A stretch of 33,009 nt of DNA, taken from assembly GCA_009703445.1 (NCBI GenBank), contig WLGA01000001.1, positions 1-33,009 of the forward strand, given 5' to 3'. Shown here one piece after another: positions 18,624 to 26,629 of this stretch. A model generated the notes under the pieces. The model saw only the letters and a list, made by a program, of their open reading frames with translations, searched no databases and was not told the DNA's origin. The position numbers and the translations under genes were made by a program. Within the stretch, counting starts at the first letter, position 1; each line of letters starts with the position of its first letter. The stretch comes from Actinomycetota bacterium. Its GTDB lineage: Bacteria > Actinomycetota > Actinomycetes > Actinomycetales > Microbacteriaceae.

Positions 18624-20182
18624 GACCCTGCACCATCTTCACCTCGAAGCAATGCTGCTTTGGCTACATCTTCAGCGTTCACCTTTTCTCTACCGGATAG
18701 GTCTGCATTCGACCAAGCCATGCGAAGGCATCGGTCGTACCCACGCATGCTCAACTGACCTCTTTCCATCGATTTCTCGAGCATTGCCGTGGCTTCAGAA
18801 TCGATTCGTAGATTCTTGCGCAGGTAAGACCCCGGAATCTGGGCATTTATCGACCAGGGAGTGTCACGCAAACGTCGGTGCGCGCGGTCTCGTGCTTCGA
18901 CGACCCGTGCTCTGATTTCTGCACTTGAGCGACCCAACTGCTGTGCACCGAGACGCGCCAAGGCAACTTGCGCAGGGTTGGCTAGGTGAAGTTTGAGTCG
19001 AACATCTATGCGATCCAGTAGTGGCCCGGAGAGCTTAGCTAGGTAAGCGTGGCGCGAACCTGCTGGGCACACGCACGCACGGCCGTTTCCGTCATACTTG
19101 CCGCAAGGGCATGGGTTTGCAGCCATGATCAACTGGAATTTTGCTGGAAACCTAGCCAAGCCTGCAGTTCGACTTATTAGCACCTCGCCGGATTCGAGAG
19201 GTTGGCGAAGAGCTTCGAGGATGGGGCGCTGAAACTCCGGCGCCTCGTCGAGAAACAACACTCCGTGGTTGGCAAGGGAAACCAATCCCGGTCGAGGAAG
19301 ACTCGCACCACCTCCTATGAACGAGGTGAGGCTAGCAGTGTGATGGGGTGCTTCAAAAGGTCGCTTTGCAACCAAGTCAGGTATGGGCTTTCGGCTGCCT
19401 GCAGCAGCAATCGAGCGAAGCGCACTGGTCTCAAGCGATTCATCAAAAGTAAGCGCGGGAAGAATCGATGGCAATCGTTCAGCGAGCATGGTTTTTCCCA
19501 CCCCTGGCGGGCCAACCATAAGCATGTGATGTCCGCCGGCAGCGGCAAGCGTCAGGGCGTAAATGGCGTCATCTTGGCCAATGACATCAGACAAATCTAG
19601 GTCGCTTTCGGCAACCTGATTCATGCTGGGTCTCTCTCCTTTGTGAAGCGCCAATTCATCTGCAACCAGATTCGCCCCATGGAAGCGCGACACCTCGGCG
19701 AGAGTCTTGGCGCCAAACACTTTGATTCCCTCGACTAACCCCGCTTCCTCCAGGTTTTCAAGTGGCACGATGAATTTTGCCCAGCCTGCTGCCTTGGCGG
19801 CTAAGACCGCCGGCAAAACGCCTGGCACAGCGCGTACCGAGCCATCCAACCCCAATTCTCCGAGATGGATGAAGGACGCGACCGAATCCGAGATGACTTT
19901 GCCCGACGCAGCCAGAATTGCGATGGCGATAGCAAGATCAAAACTCGCGCCGCGCTTAGGCACCGAAGCTGGCGAGAGGTTCACCGTTACCCTCCGGCCG
20001 GGCAGAGCCAGTCCGGAGTTTTGCGCCGCTGCACGCACGCGATCTCGCGACTCGGAAAGCGAGGCATCCGGCAGACCAACCAGCACAAACGAAGGCAGGT
20101 TGCTAGAGATCTCGGCTTCTATTTCGATGATTGTTCCAGCTAGGCCAACCAAACTAACCGCATAGGTCTTAGTGACAGCCAT
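18617..20182 (-). CDS. comM: YifB/ComM family Mg-chelatase-like AAA+ helicase
   Basis: VGLPDASLSESRDRVRAA, Walker A GPPGVGKT, APHHTAS, Walker B LFLDEAPEF, NPCPCG and SGPLLDRID. Start moved to ATG 20182 (TGATG overlap with yraN). Confidence 0.95.
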   Translation of the reverse strand: MAVTKTYAVSLVGLAGTIIEIEAEISSNLPSFVLVGLPDASLSESRDRVRAAAQNSGLALPGRRVTVNLSPASVPKRGASFDLAIAIAILAASGKVISDSVASFIHLGELGLDGSVRAVPGVLPAVLAAKAAGWAKFIVPLENLEEAGLVEGIKVFGAKTLAEVSRFHGANLVADELALHKGERPSMNQVAESDLDLSDVIGQDDAIYALTLAAAGGHHMLMVGPPGVGKTMLAERLPSILPALTFDESLETSALRSIAAAGSRKPIPDLVAKRPFEAPHHTASLTSFIGGGASLPRPGLVSLANHGVLFLDEAPEFQRPILEALRQPLESGEVLISRTAGLARFPAKFQLIMAANPCPCGKYDGNGRACVCPAGSRHAYLAKLSGPLLDRIDVRLKLHLANPAQVALARLGAQQLGRSSAEIRARVVEARDRAHRRLRDTPWSINAQIPGSYLRKNLRIDSEATAMLEKSMERGQLSMRGYDRCLRMAWSNADLSGREKVNAEDVAKAALLRGEDGAGSW

Positions 20183-20535
20183 CAGAAAACTTCTTTTAGG
20201 TGCTCGATGTGCACCCGACCGCCGGTAATCAGAACCGCGATAGCATCCAAGCGCACTTTCACGCCCGAAACCTGCTTCGTGATGCACCAATCAGATACTA
20301 GACGGCGCATGCGCGCGACTTTGTTTGCTGTTATCGCCTCGAAGGGATGACCGTAACCCGAACCGTTTCGCGTCTTGACCTCGACAAAAACCAGGCGATC
20401 TTTGTCCTTTGCGACAAGATCGATTTCGCCTAGGTTCGAGCGCCAGTTTCGGTCAATAATTTCATAGCCGCGGTCTTCGAGAAATTTAGCGGCTTGGTCT
20501 TCGCCGTATCTGCCGACATCTTGTTTGAGATTCAT
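20182..20535 (-). CDS. yraN: YraN family nuclease (UPF0102)
   Basis: GRYGEDQAAKFL, RNWR...GEIDLVA, VFVEVKTR and RLDAIAV. Confidence 0.95.
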   Translation of the reverse strand: MNLKQDVGRYGEDQAAKFLEDRGYEIIDRNWRSNLGEIDLVAKDKDRLVFVEVKTRNGSGYGHPFEAITANKVARMRRLVSDWCITKQVSGVKVRLDAIAVLITGGRVHIEHLKEVF

Positions 20536-20626
20536 ATGTACGAATCTCGCGGAAGCGGAAGAGACTTAGCGTCTCAGCGCTAGAGATGTGCAAAACTGCC
20601 CACCAAAAGCGAGGTGGGGATAAGGG

Positions 20627-20950
20627 CTACTCCCCTACTGCGAGTTCCTTAGGGATGTCGAAGGCTTTACCAGACAGCTCTTCAACGTTGACATCCTTGA
20701 AGGTGAGAACTCGCACGTTCTTCACGAAACGGTCTGTGCGATAGATGTCCCAAACCCAAACGTCAGCCATGTTGAGCTCGAAATAGAAATCTGCTGGAGT
20801 GTCAACGCGAACCAAAGTAACTTCGTTTGCCAAATAGAAACGACGCTCGGTCTCGATCACATACTTGAACGTGCCGACAACGTCTTTGTACTCGCGATAG
20901 AGAGCTAGCTCAGCCTCGCGGTCGTAGTCGTCGATTTCGTTTTCGTCCAT
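20627..20950 (-). CDS. DUF2469 family protein
   Basis: ELALYREYKDVV, YVIETERRFYLAN and DVWVWDIYR...VRVLTFKDVNVEEL; usual position between rnhB and yraN. Confidence 0.92.
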   Translation of the reverse strand: MDENEIDDYDREAELALYREYKDVVGTFKYVIETERRFYLANEVTLVRVDTPADFYFELNMADVWVWDIYRTDRFVKNVRVLTFKDVNVEELSGKAFDIPKELAVGE

Positions 20951-20959
20951 GGAAACAGT

Positions 20960-21658
20960 CTATTCCTCGAATGAAAGCTGGCCGTCGCCAAGGATTTTCG
21001 TCAACCAAGTATGGCGATGTTCACTAGATGGTCCAGTGGTTCGAATCGCCTGGATGTGGGCCTCTGACGCATAACCCTTGTGCCCGTCAAACCCATACTC
21101 GCCAAAGCTGGAGGCGAGCCCAATCATTAGGTTGTCTCGCTCAACCTTGGAAATCACCGAGGCAGCCGCCACCGAAACGCAATCCCGGTCGGCTTTGGTT
21201 CGCACAATCACTGGAATGCCCGAAGCCTTAGCGCCAAGCCAGTTGTGAGAACCATCAAGGATGATGATCGCGCCGTCTCGAGCGATTGCTTGCCTAAGTG
21301 AGGCATCTTGGAGTAGCGAATCGAGTGCCCGTCCTGCCGAAAGAGCCAGAGCTTGGACGATGCCCTTGGTGTCGATTTCATTTGCGGTGGCCATCCCGAC
21401 AGCGAAACCAGAAACCCAAGTTTGCACTGGCGCAAGAATTTCGTTGCGCGCCTTTTCGCTCAGAAGTTTCGAGTCTTTGAGGTTGCTGGGCCAAGCGGTT
21501 TCCACTCGTTGATCCTGTGAATCAAGTAGAGCAACACCAACAGCCACCGGCCCGGCAATCGCGCCACGGCCAACCTCATCCATGCCAATTATGAATCTGG
21601 CACCCTGAGCCCAGAGCTCGCGCTCGAGATTAAGGCTTGGGAACGTCTTTGAAGACAT
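20960..21658 (-). CDS. rnhB: Ribonuclease HII
   Basis: IGMDEVGRGAIAGPV, LKDSKLLS, ILDG, VAAASVISKVERD and HKGY. Confidence 0.95.
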   Translation of the reverse strand: MSSKTFPSLNLERELWAQGARFIIGMDEVGRGAIAGPVAVGVALLDSQDQRVETAWPSNLKDSKLLSEKARNEILAPVQTWVSGFAVGMATANEIDTKGIVQALALSAGRALDSLLQDASLRQAIARDGAIIILDGSHNWLGAKASGIPVIVRTKADRDCVSVAAASVISKVERDNLMIGLASSFGEYGFDGHKGYASEAHIQAIRTTGPSSEHRHTWLTKILGDGQLSFEE

Positions 21659-22379
21659 CTGAGAAGTTATCGAGCCATATCCAGTGCTCGACCGGCCAGG
21701 TGATTATGAATGCTCGCCCGACGATAAATTGCTTGCCGACAAAACCCTTGCTCGGGAGATCGCCATGGAAACGGGAGTCTTCACTGTTAGGGCGGTTATC
21801 GCCCATGACCCAAATCGAACCCTCAGGTACGACCACGTCGAAGGTTCGGTCCGAAGGTTTTGCATCCTTGGCTAGGTAGGGCTCGGTGATGGCCTTGCCA
21901 TTGATGGTGAGCTTGCCGTCTGCATCGCAGCATACGACGTGGTCGCCACCTATGCCGATAACGCGCTTGACCAGGTGTTGACTGCTATCCGGAGCCGTCA
22001 GCCCGAATGAAGACAGGAACCAATCGGCGACCGCGGCCACCGGAGTCTGAGATTCCGTTGAGACAGTGCCGAGCCAACCGCCAGGATCCTTGAACACGAC
22101 AACGTCGCCGCGTTCGATTGGAATGACGTTAGGCACCAATTCATTGACCAGGATGCGGTCATCGATTTGGAGAGTTTCAAGCATCGACCCGGATGGAACG
22201 AAGAAAGAGCGAATCAAGAATGTCTTGATTAAAAGAGAAAGCACCAACGCCGAACCCACGATTACAACGAGGTCAATCAAGAAAGCAACAAAAATGTTCT
22301 TCCTAAACCGACTCCATTTGGAACCAGGGTGGCGTGGTGCTTTTCTATTCGGGCTTAGAAACTGCCCAAGATTTGTCAT
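21630..22379 (-). CDS. lepB: Signal peptidase I
   Basis: TM segment followed by VPSGSMLETL (catalytic Ser), RGDVVVF, LVKRVIG (catalytic Lys) and GDNRPNSEDSR. Confidence 0.96.
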   Translation of the reverse strand: MTNLGQFLSPNRKAPRHPGSKWSRFRKNIFVAFLIDLVVIVGSALVLSLLIKTFLIRSFFVPSGSMLETLQIDDRILVNELVPNVIPIERGDVVVFKDPGGWLGTVSTESQTPVAAVADWFLSSFGLTAPDSSQHLVKRVIGIGGDHVVCCDADGKLTINGKAITEPYLAKDAKPSDRTFDVVVPEGSIWVMGDNRPNSEDSRFHGDLPSKGFVGKQFIVGRAFIITWPVEHWIWLDNFSDVFKDVPKP

Positions 22380-22402
22380 GCCTTAAGTGTAAGCAGGCCA
22401 GA

Positions 22403-22756
22403 TTAGTTCTGGTTGTCGCGCTTCTCGGCGATCTTTGCCTTCTTGCCGCGTAGGTCGCGTAGGAAGTAAAGCTTCGCACGGCGAACAGCACCGCGTGATA
22501 GAACTTCGATCTTGTCGATTACTGGTGAGTGAACCGGGAAGGTACGCTCAACACCGACCTGGAAAGAAACCTTGCGGACGGTGAAGGTCTCGCGAACCGA
22601 CTCGCCTGAACGGCGGATAACGATGCCCTTGAAAACCTGGACACGGCTGCGGTTACCTTCAATGATGTTTACGTGAACGTTCACGGTGTCACCAACGCGG
22701 AACGCTGGGATGTCTGAACGAAGTGACGCTGCGTCGACTGAGTCGAGAATGTGCAT
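22403..22756 (-). CDS. rplS: 50S ribosomal protein L19
   Basis: [32 protein letters not shown] and [10 protein letters not shown]. Confidence 0.98.
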   Translation of the reverse strand: MHILDSVDAASLRSDIPAFRVGDTVNVHVNIIEGNRSRVQVFKGIVIRRSGESVRETFTVRKVSFQVGVERTFPVHSPVIDKIEVLSRGAVRRAKLYFLRDLRGKKAKIAEKRDNQN

Positions 22757-22875
22757 TTTGAATCCATCTCTGTTACTGCGCGCAGGTCAACAACGGGTAA
22801 GTTTTTGATGATTTGTGTTCACATGCCTAACTCCCCTGCGGCAGAGCATTCAAGGCGAACAACCTGTTTATTCTA
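22757..22875 (-). promoter_or_regulatory. rplS promoter (-10 TAGAAT) and structured leader
   Basis: TAGAAT at 22875-22870. Long-range complementarity between 22835-22844 and 22776-22786. Confidence 0.55.
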
Positions 22876-22886
22876 GCGGTTATTGG

Positions 22887-23573
22887 CTAGTCAGGCAATA
22901 AGTCTGGGCGAACGCGTTTGGTGCGTTCAACCTGTTGCTCTTTGCGCCACTTGGCAATCAGGGCATGGTTGCCGCTTAGCAACACGTCTGGCACCTCGAG
23001 CTCCCGCCAAACTGCAGGCTTGGTATAGCTTGGGTATTCGAGCAGGCCATCCGAGTGCGATTCCTCGACCAAACTTTCGGCGTTGCCGATAACACCTGGG
23101 ATGAGTCGCGCGATTGCCTCAACCATGGCGATTGCAGCAACTTCTCCGCCGTTCAACACGTAATCTCCGAGGCTAATCAGACGGACCCGGCCCTTGGTAG
23201 CTGCGTAATCAACTACGCGTTGGTCGATTCCCTCGTATCGCCCGCAGGCAAAGACGATGTGGTCTTCTTTGGCGAGCTCGTATGCAGTTGCCTGCTTGAA
23301 CTGCTCGCCGGCTGGAGAGGTGAAAATGATGGTGACATTGCCGTCTGCTGGCAGGATTTCATCGAAAGCCTCGCCCCAAGGTTCAGGCTTCATCAGCATG
23401 CCCGCGCCGCCGCCATACGGGCTGTCGTCTACGGTTTTGTGCTTGTCGTGAGTGAAGTCGCGAAGGTCGTGAACTCGAAGGTCGATGATCTCTTTTTCGC
23501 GGGCTTTGCCCAGCAAGGAAATGTCTAGAGCCTTGAAGTACTCCGGAAAAATCGAAATAGCGTCAATGCGCAC
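22887..23573 (-). CDS. trmD: tRNA (guanine37-N1)-methyltransferase
   Basis: [37 protein letters not shown] and [10 protein letters not shown]; GTG start. Confidence 0.98.
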   Translation of the reverse strand: MRIDAISIFPEYFKALDISLLGKAREKEIIDLRVHDLRDFTHDKHKTVDDSPYGGGAGMLMKPEPWGEAFDEILPADGNVTIIFTSPAGEQFKQATAYELAKEDHIVFACGRYEGIDQRVVDYAATKGRVRLISLGDYVLNGGEVAAIAMVEAIARLIPGVIGNAESLVEESHSDGLLEYPSYTKPAVWRELEVPDVLLSGNHALIAKWRKEQQVERTKRVRPDLLPD

Positions 23574-23575
23574 GA

Positions 23576-24118
23576 CTAGTCCTCGACTACCTCTTCGAAT
23601 AGACCACCAGGCGGGGTGATTGTGACTTCACCCTTGTCGATGTCTACGGTTGGCACGAATGCCTTGATGAATGGAAGCAAGACCTCTTCGGTCTCGGTTT
23701 TAACGGCTAGGCAGTCTTGTGCCGGAAGGTGATCAACACGGATGACTTCACCGATCTGAACACCGTCGCGGATGACCTTCAGCCCGATTAATTGGTGATC
23801 GTACCAGGCATCTGGTTCTTCCGGAAGAATTTCTACATCTGCGTTTACTAGCAGAATCGCCTTGATAAGAGTCTCGGCGGCGTTGCGGTCATCCACGTTC
23901 TCAAGAAAGAGAACCGGCTGAGCGTTGTAATAGCGGAGTTCCTTGACGGTAACGGTCTTGCCGAACCAAGGAGAACTGTCTGGCACCTGCAGGTCGAGGA
24001 CCGCGCCAGTTTTGAACCGAGTCTCAGGACTGTCGGTATATAGTTCGAGTTTGAAAGCTCCCTTTAGGCCATGCGCTTTGACAAGGCGGCCAACTCGGAG
24101 CGTGGTCTTGCTAGAAAT
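23576..24118 (-). CDS. rimM: Ribosome maturation factor RimM (probable ATT start)
   Basis: The frame extends upstream of ORF-track start 23986 through [29 protein letters not shown], the RimM N-terminal signature. PRC barrel [11 protein letters not shown]...[13 protein letters not shown]. The exact start is inferred. Confidence 0.93.
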   Translation of the reverse strand: MSSKTTLRVGRLVKAHGLKGAFKLELYTDSPETRFKTGAVLDLQVPDSSPWFGKTVTVKELRYYNAQPVLFLENVDDRNAAETLIKAILLVNADVEILPEEPDAWYDHQLIGLKVIRDGVQIGEVIRVDHLPAQDCLAVKTETEEVLLPFIKAFVPTVDIDKGEVTITPPGGLFEEVVED

Positions 24119-24347
24119 CGGTGTCCACCACGTCTACGCGAACCTTCTTGCCGTCGGCAAGAGCGTTTACTAGGGTGCGAAGCGCCTTAGCGGTGCGGCC
24201 GTTGCGCCCGATCACGCGGCCCAGATCGTCTGGGTGCACGTGAACCTCGAGCAAGTCTCCTCGCGAGGTTGATCGTGCAGTCACGGTAGCGTCGTCTGGA
24301 TTGTCGACGATTCCCTTGACCAGGTGTTCGAGCGCAGCGGCTAGCAC
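24111..24347 (-). CDS. khpA: KH-domain RNA-binding protein KhpA
   Basis: LEHLVKGIVDNPDD and DLGRVIGRNGRTAKALRT (GxxG); lies between rpsP and rimM. Confidence 0.95.
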   Translation of the reverse strand: MLAAALEHLVKGIVDNPDDATVTARSTSRGDLLEVHVHPDDLGRVIGRNGRTAKALRTLVNALADGKKVRVDVVDTDF

Positions 24348-24351
24348 TTAC

Positions 24352-24924
24352 TTAAGCTTCTTCTGCTGGAGCGGCAGCTTCTTCAGCTGCCTCTTCGACT
24401 ACTGCTGCTTCTTCAGCTGCTGGAGCCTCTTCGGCAACGGCAACTTCTTCAGCTGCTGGGGCCTCAACGACCTCAACCGCTGCTTCTGCAACTACGTCTT
24501 CTGCTACAACGTCTTCGACAACTGCTGCTTCTTCAGCTGCAGGTGCCTCTTCGACCTTAGGAGCGACCTTGATCTCGGCCTTTGGCACAAGAACAGTCTT
24601 CTTCTTTGAGTCGATTACGTACTCAGCCTTTGCTTCCTTCACCTGGACGGTGTTCTTAGCGTTCTTGTCACCCTTTGACTTCTGGAAGTCACCGGTGAGC
24701 TTTAGAAGAACTGCAACCTGCTCGGTTGGCTGTGCGCCAACGCCAAGCCAGTACTGAGCGCGCTCAGAGTTGATCTCGATGATTGATGGGTTCTCGGTTG
24801 GCACGTAGCGACCGATCTCCTCGATTGCGCGGCCGTCACGCGCGGTGCGTGAGTCAGCTACGACGATGCGGTAGTGAGGTGCACGGATCTTGCCCATGCG
24901 CTTGAGGCGAATTTTTACAGCCAC
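24352..24924 (-). CDS. rpsP: 30S ribosomal protein S16 with long acidic C-terminal tail
   Basis: [26 protein letters not shown] and [13 protein letters not shown]; SD AGGAG. Confidence 0.97.
   Translation of the reverse strand: MAVKIRLKRMGKIRAPHYRIVVADSRTARDGRAIEEIGRYVPTENPSIIEINSERAQYWLGVGAQPTEQVAVLLKLTGDFQKSKGDKNAKNTVQVKEAKAEYVIDSKKKTVLVPKAEIKVAPKVEEAPAAEEAAVVEDVVAEDVVAEAAVEVVEAPAAEEVAVAEEAPAAEEAAVVEEAAEEAAAPAEEA
24378..24540 (-). repeat. In-frame coding repeats in the S16 tail (AAEE units)
   Basis: Four copies of CTTCTTCAGCTGC end at 24390, 24420, 24456 and 24540. Spacings of 30, 36 and 84 nt are all multiples of 3. Confidence 0.85.
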
Positions 24925-25058
24925 GATTGCTCCTGTTTTTCGTAATGGTGCGAACGTTCAACCGTGAGCGTGGGGGCACACTCGGTGAAAAAGCTCTAGG
25001 GGTTACCGGACACGTTTGGTTAGAGGGTCAAACGTACGGCAACCTCTCTATTCTGCCA
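24925..25058 (-). promoter_or_regulatory. rpsP operon promoter (extended -10 TGGCAGAAT) and structured leader
   Basis: TGnCAGAAT at 25058-25050. Nested stems GGTTGCCG/CGGTAACC and ACGTTTG/CAAACGT, then GAGTGTG-CCCC-CACGCTC. Confidence 0.6.
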
Positions 25059-25109
25059 GATATTGCCGAGATGCGCTACTCAATAGCGCCGAAATCTCAG
25101 GGGTTTCGG

Positions 25110-26618
25110 TTAGTTTCCCAAGCCAAAGGCCGAACCGGCTCCGCTTTCGCTCGAACCGGCAGGCTTCCCCCCGGCTAGACGTGCTGCTTCCTCGGCGGCG
25201 CGCTTGGCTGGGTTTCCTGACTTCGAACCCTTCTTGCCCTTGTCCTTGTTCTTGCCCTTGGCGCTTCCGAAACCACCGATTCCCGGCATGTTTGGCATAC
25301 CTGGCATCTGCGGGACTCCGCCCTTTGACAGGGTTTTCATCATCTTGGCAGCCTGCTCGAAGCGATTTACCAACGAATTGACGTCGGTAACCGTCATACC
25401 CGAACCCTTCGCGATTCGAAGACGTCGTGAACCGTTGAGAAGCTTTGGTTGACGGCGTTCGGCAGGGGTCATCGAGCGGATGATTGCTTCGGTTCGATCG
25501 ATTTCCTTCTCGTCGAAGTTTTCTAGCTGCTGGCGCATTTGACCGGCACCCGGCAACATCGCGAGCATGCTCTTCATCGAACCCATTTTGCGCAGTTGCT
25601 GCATCTGATCAAGGAAGTCTTCGAGCGTAAAGGTGTCCTTAGCCAACTTCTCGGCCATAGCGCGAGCTTCGGTCTCATCAAACTGTCGCTGCGTTTGCTC
25701 GATCAGAGTGAGGATGTCACCCATGTCAAGGATGCGGCTCGCCATGCGGTCTGGATAGAACGGCTCGAAGGCATCCATGCCCTCACCATTCGAAGCGAAG
25801 ATGATCGGCTTGCCAGTGACCGAAGCAACTGAAAGGGCGGCACCGCCTCGGGCGTCACCATCGAGCTTTGTCAGAACCGAACCGGTGATTCCAACGCCCT
25901 CATCGAAGGCCTTGGCAACGTTTACGGCGTCTTGACCGACCATTGAGTCGATTACGAAGAGCACTTCATCCGGGTTGACAGCATCGCGAATGTCTTTCGC
26001 CTGCTTCATCAATTCTTCATCGATGCCGAGGCGGCCGGCGGTGTCAACGATGACCACGCTAAACATCTTCTGTTCGGCGTGCTTGATCGAATCCTTGGCT
26101 ACCTTGACTGGGTTGCCAACACCATTTCCAGGCTCGGGTGCGAATACCTGGACACCGACGCGCTCACCAACAACCTGCAGCTGGTTAACCGCGTTCGGGC
26201 GCTGTAAGTCGGCGGCAACAAGAAGCGGAGTGTGCCCCTGATCCTTTAGCCACTTCGAGAGCTTTCCGGCGAGGGTGGTCTTACCGGAACCCTGAAGGCC
26301 GGCCAGCATGATGACGGTCGGCGGCTTCTTGGCGAAGTTGAGCTTGTGCTGTTCGCCACCAAGGATGGTTACCAGCTCTTCGTTCACGATTTGAACTACC
26401 TGCTGAGCAGGGTTTAGGGCTTTAGAAACCTCGTCACCCAAGGCGCGCTCGCGAACGGCCCCGGTGAACGCCTTAACAACATCTAGAGCAACATCGGCCT
26501 CGAGAAGCGCGCGTCGAATCTCGCGAAGCGTCGCGTCGATGTCAGCAGGGCTTAGCTTGCCCTTGCTGCGCAGATTCTTGAACGTTTCGACTAAACGATC
26601 TGAAAGATTGCCAAACAC
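25110..26618 (-). CDS. ffh: Signal recognition particle protein Ffh
   Basis: GLQGSGKTT, DTAGR, TKLDGDARGGAALS and a Met-rich M domain; GTG start with SD AGGAG. Confidence 0.98.
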   Translation of the reverse strand: MFGNLSDRLVETFKNLRSKGKLSPADIDATLREIRRALLEADVALDVVKAFTGAVRERALGDEVSKALNPAQQVVQIVNEELVTILGGEQHKLNFAKKPPTVIMLAGLQGSGKTTLAGKLSKWLKDQGHTPLLVAADLQRPNAVNQLQVVGERVGVQVFAPEPGNGVGNPVKVAKDSIKHAEQKMFSVVIVDTAGRLGIDEELMKQAKDIRDAVNPDEVLFVIDSMVGQDAVNVAKAFDEGVGITGSVLTKLDGDARGGAALSVASVTGKPIIFASNGEGMDAFEPFYPDRMASRILDMGDILTLIEQTQRQFDETEARAMAEKLAKDTFTLEDFLDQMQQLRKMGSMKSMLAMLPGAGQMRQQLENFDEKEIDRTEAIIRSMTPAERRQPKLLNGSRRLRIAKGSGMTVTDVNSLVNRFEQAAKMMKTLSKGGVPQMPGMPNMPGIGGFGSAKGKNKDKGKKGSKSGNPAKRAAEEAARLAGGKPAGSSESGAGSAFGLGN

Positions 26619-26629
26619 TGTGGTTGCTC

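Noticed and set aside
20599-20618. CCCACC-N8-GGTGGG hairpin after DUF2469 as an intrinsic terminator
   Set aside because: It has only a 6-bp stem and an interrupted U tract. It remains an alternative explanation for the distal DnaA-like box, which overlaps it.
23576-23986. rimM as a truncated 136-aa protein or pseudogene
   Set aside because: The conserved N-terminal domain is present in frame upstream with no stop or frameshift; only a canonical start codon is missing.
24378-24540. Spaced 13-nt direct repeats resembling a mini CRISPR array
   Set aside because: The repeats are too short, the spacing is irregular and in multiples of 3, they lie inside rpsP, and there are no cas genes.
24301-24609. 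Cys/Phe-rich 102-aa ORF resembling a RiPP precursor or metallothionein
   Set aside because: It is antisense to the GAA/GCA-rich S16 tail, which produces TTC/TGC codons. No modification genes are nearby.
24927-25381. Plus-strand ORFs of 83 and 121 aa across the rpsP-ffh intergenic region
   Set aside because: They overlap the ffh 3' end and the rpsP promoter and leader in antisense, with no SD or recognisable motif.
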